The notes beneath the pieces were generated by a model. That model searched no databases. It was given only the letters and a program-made list of their open reading frames with translations, and had not been told where the DNA came from. A stretch of 64,000 nt of DNA from the NCBI GenBank assembly GCA_963841565.1, contig CAWJCY010000004.1, positions 1 to 64,000 of the forward strand, written 5' to 3'. This DNA comes from an uncultured Nitrososphaerales archaeon. Lineage in GTDB: Archaea > Thermoproteota > Nitrososphaeria > Nitrososphaerales > Nitrososphaeraceae. Positions 61,837 to 64,000 of the stretch are shown in pieces; positions within the stretch are counted from its first letter, which is position 1, and the number at the start of each line of letters is the position of its first letter. The position numbers and the translations under genes are program-made.

Positions 61837-63603
61837 ATGAGTAAAAAAAATAAGCTTGATTCTCGACTCCTTTATAAGAAAGATAACTGGTTTCGTGATT
61901 CATTCGGAAGATATGTTATGTTCAGAGGCGTAAACTTTGGAGCAAGGAGCAAACTTCCTCCTTACCTCCCCATTTCTCCACTTAATGTTAAGAAGATATC
62001 TGCACAAGAGCTTACAAGTGAAATTGAGTCTGTAACCAAGGAACTTGACCTCTTGCAGGAATCAGGGTTTAATGTAATTAGATTTGTTCTCTCTTGGAAA
62101 GCCATAGAACCTACGCCTAATCCAGACCTTGATCGGATTCTACCAGAGGGAGAAGAATATCTGAGACTCGTACTGCAGATCATTGATGAGCTATATTCAC
62201 GTAATCTCCTGGTCTTGCTCGATTTCCATCAGGATATCGCTCATGAGGTATGTGGAGGAGACGGATTTCCGGATTGGGCTCTGGCGTTGAGTAATGATGT
62301 CAGGAGGCCAGAGAAGCCAGTGAAAAACAATAAACTGTGGGCTATGTCGTACCAAATGAATAAGCTCGTCAAAAACACGCTATATTCATTTTATCATAAC
62401 GATCTAACCAATGATGAATTGAAGCTCTCTCACTATCCAATAAGGACACACCTTGAAAAAACAATAGGACAGACTATTAAATTCTTGAAGAGCGCGAAGG
62501 GTGGGGAAGGTCACCCTGCCATTTTAGGCGTGGACCTTTTTAACGAGCCTCATCCTGCAGGGATTGACAAACTTGAATTTGAATCAAAGTTGCTAAAGGA
62601 GTATTATCTAAATGCTTTCCATGAAATAAGGAAATATGATGACAAGATTTTTGTGTTCATTGAGCCACGGGTAGATTGGACAGCATTTTCTTCAGAAGAG
62701 ATGAACAAGAAATTAACTGGTTGGGATAAGGCTAAGAAATTCGATCTAAGAAGATTTCTACGCATTGGTGATATGGAAATGGTACGCTCGCCTCTAGATG
62801 AAGGGACATATACTAAAAAAGGACTCATGGATCCTCCCAAGGAGATAAATACATATCTTCCTGGAAAAACTGATTGGCCCGCTGAATTTCTGGAAAGAGG
62901 AGTGTTTTCGTTTCATTATTACGATACTCGGGCCATAATGTCATCCTTTGGCATGATCCCCGAAAATCTGTCAAAATACAAGCAGGATTGGCCTGACGTA
63001 TTTGAAAGAATTGTATCAGCAGGTTATGAAAGAGATCTAATCCCATTTCTAACAGAGTTCGGCGGAACTCAAGAGTCCGAACAGATTAGTCCATACATTA
63101 ATTTGCAATACATTCAAGTTGAATCTCAACTCTTGAATTCTACCTACTGGAATTATGACCTCTATAACACCAAGGATGGAAAGGATAACTGGAATCTTGA
63201 GAATTTTTCTCTACTAGGTCCTCAGAGAAAACCAAGACACTTAGATCTTGCGACCAGACCCTATCCTTTGCTGAGTTCTGCCAAACCAGCATTTCTTTCC
63301 TTTGATACCAAAAACAAATACTTTTCACTGATGCTTGAAGGTAGTGTAATTGACGAGCCTACTGTGATATTTGTACCTAAAAATACTCACTATCACAAGG
63401 GATTCTATGTGTGGACTACTTCAACTACTAAAGAGTCTGTAGAATGGGATGCTGATGACCAACTTTTGTACTGGAAACCCTCCAAGGAGCTGGACAATAA
63501 CACTCTAGTCATTTCAGATAAGGAAGACGTCCATATCAACAAGCTTCCTAAAGAAGTTAGCGGGACCTTCTCAACTTTGAGTCCTTTAGGAGGATTTGAA
63601 TGA
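61837..63603 (+). CDS. GH5 glycoside hydrolase, endoglycoceramidase-like, with C-terminal beta-sandwich
   Basis: FRGVN, WKAIEP, LLDFHQD, GGDGFPDW, FNEP (acid/base), FHYY, TEFG (nucleophile), RPYP. Confidence 0.88.
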   Translation: MSKKNKLDSRLLYKKDNWFRDSFGRYVMFRGVNFGARSKLPPYLPISPLNVKKISAQELTSEIESVTKELDLLQESGFNVIRFVLSWKAIEPTPNPDLDRILPEGEEYLRLVLQIIDELYSRNLLVLLDFHQDIAHEVCGGDGFPDWALALSNDVRRPEKPVKNNKLWAMSYQMNKLVKNTLYSFYHNDLTNDELKLSHYPIRTHLEKTIGQTIKFLKSAKGGEGHPAILGVDLFNEPHPAGIDKLEFESKLLKEYYLNAFHEIRKYDDKIFVFIEPRVDWTAFSSEEMNKKLTGWDKAKKFDLRRFLRIGDMEMVRSPLDEGTYTKKGLMDPPKEINTYLPGKTDWPAEFLERGVFSFHYYDTRAIMSSFGMIPENLSKYKQDWPDVFERIVSAGYERDLIPFLTEFGGTQESEQISPYINLQYIQVESQLLNSTYWNYDLYNTKDGKDNWNLENFSLLGPQRKPRHLDLATRPYPLLSSAKPAFLSFDTKNKYFSLMLEGSVIDEPTVIFVPKNTHYHKGFYVWTTSTTKESVEWDADDQLLYWKPSKELDNNTLVISDKEDVHINKLPKEVSGTFSTLSPLGGFE

Positions 63604-64000
63604 AAAGGATTAGTAATACTGGCGGCGATAAATTGTAAATGAGTTTGTGTACATGCAAAACTCAGGTTTCATACATCAAAATGCGTATAACGCATCTATC
63701 TAGTGGTCATTCTACCACAACTTCTACTATGCGAGATGGCTACACACAGAGTATCCGAGTATACTGGTTTATTCAACGATTTATCTCCTAATACTTCATC
63801 ACATGAAAGAACTTGATGTGAATGTATTATGAATGGAATGCAACAAAGGCTAATTATTCAATGCGGTTATACGTGGATGAGACATAATAAATCTTCCAGA
63901 GGGACATTGATGATATTATTGCTGCATAGTCAGAAAGAATAGGCTCTGAAAATTCTCAAAAAATTCTATTCGCAAGGCGACCCTCGCCCTTAACCCCTCT

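Noticed and set aside
3372-63328. The many 60-150 aa ORFs antisense to or nested in confident genes
   Set aside because: Fully overlapped by well-supported CDSs and lacking motifs; treated as shadow ORFs
63974-64000. Short hairpin AAGGCGA-CCC-TCGCCCTT as a possible IS end
   Set aside because: Truncated by the window edge and no transposase is visible

Overview
64-kb chromosomal segment of an ammonia-oxidising archaeon, most likely soil Nitrososphaeraceae (Nitrososphaerota), judged from gene content and protein style. Core genes: tRNA-Val(GAC), tRNA-Ile(GAT), intron-containing tRNA-Leu(CAA), SRP RNA, bluB, dph2/dph5, ncsA, AcnX-type phosphomevalonate dehydratase, thrS, ileS, polB, dpo4, EF-1alpha/rps10, ppa, cdvC, NAD kinase, and argG plus a LysW-dependent lysine/arginine operon. 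Accessory parts: a low-coding region downstream of tRNA-Val (1-3000); a cluster of nucleotide-sugar dehydrogenase, two ATP-grasp proteins, a BshC/WbqC-like protein and a PHP protein (12.3-18.6 kb); a large CBM32-repeat surface protein; an egghead-like GT2; and a GH5 endoglycoceramidase-like enzyme. Best leads: (i) the ATP-grasp/BshC-like cluster; (ii) a membrane protein fusing a class-I-PDE-like HD domain to an apparently dead TrmB-like methyltransferase domain; (iii) a LysW ending in Gln (EDWGQ) instead of the reactive Glu, with no argH or argX in the operon and a possible decayed second lysW; (iv) single-base frameshifts, probably sequencing errors, that cluster at AGCT sites and may reveal DNA methylation. 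All protein calls come from motif recognition by eye; no database search was run.
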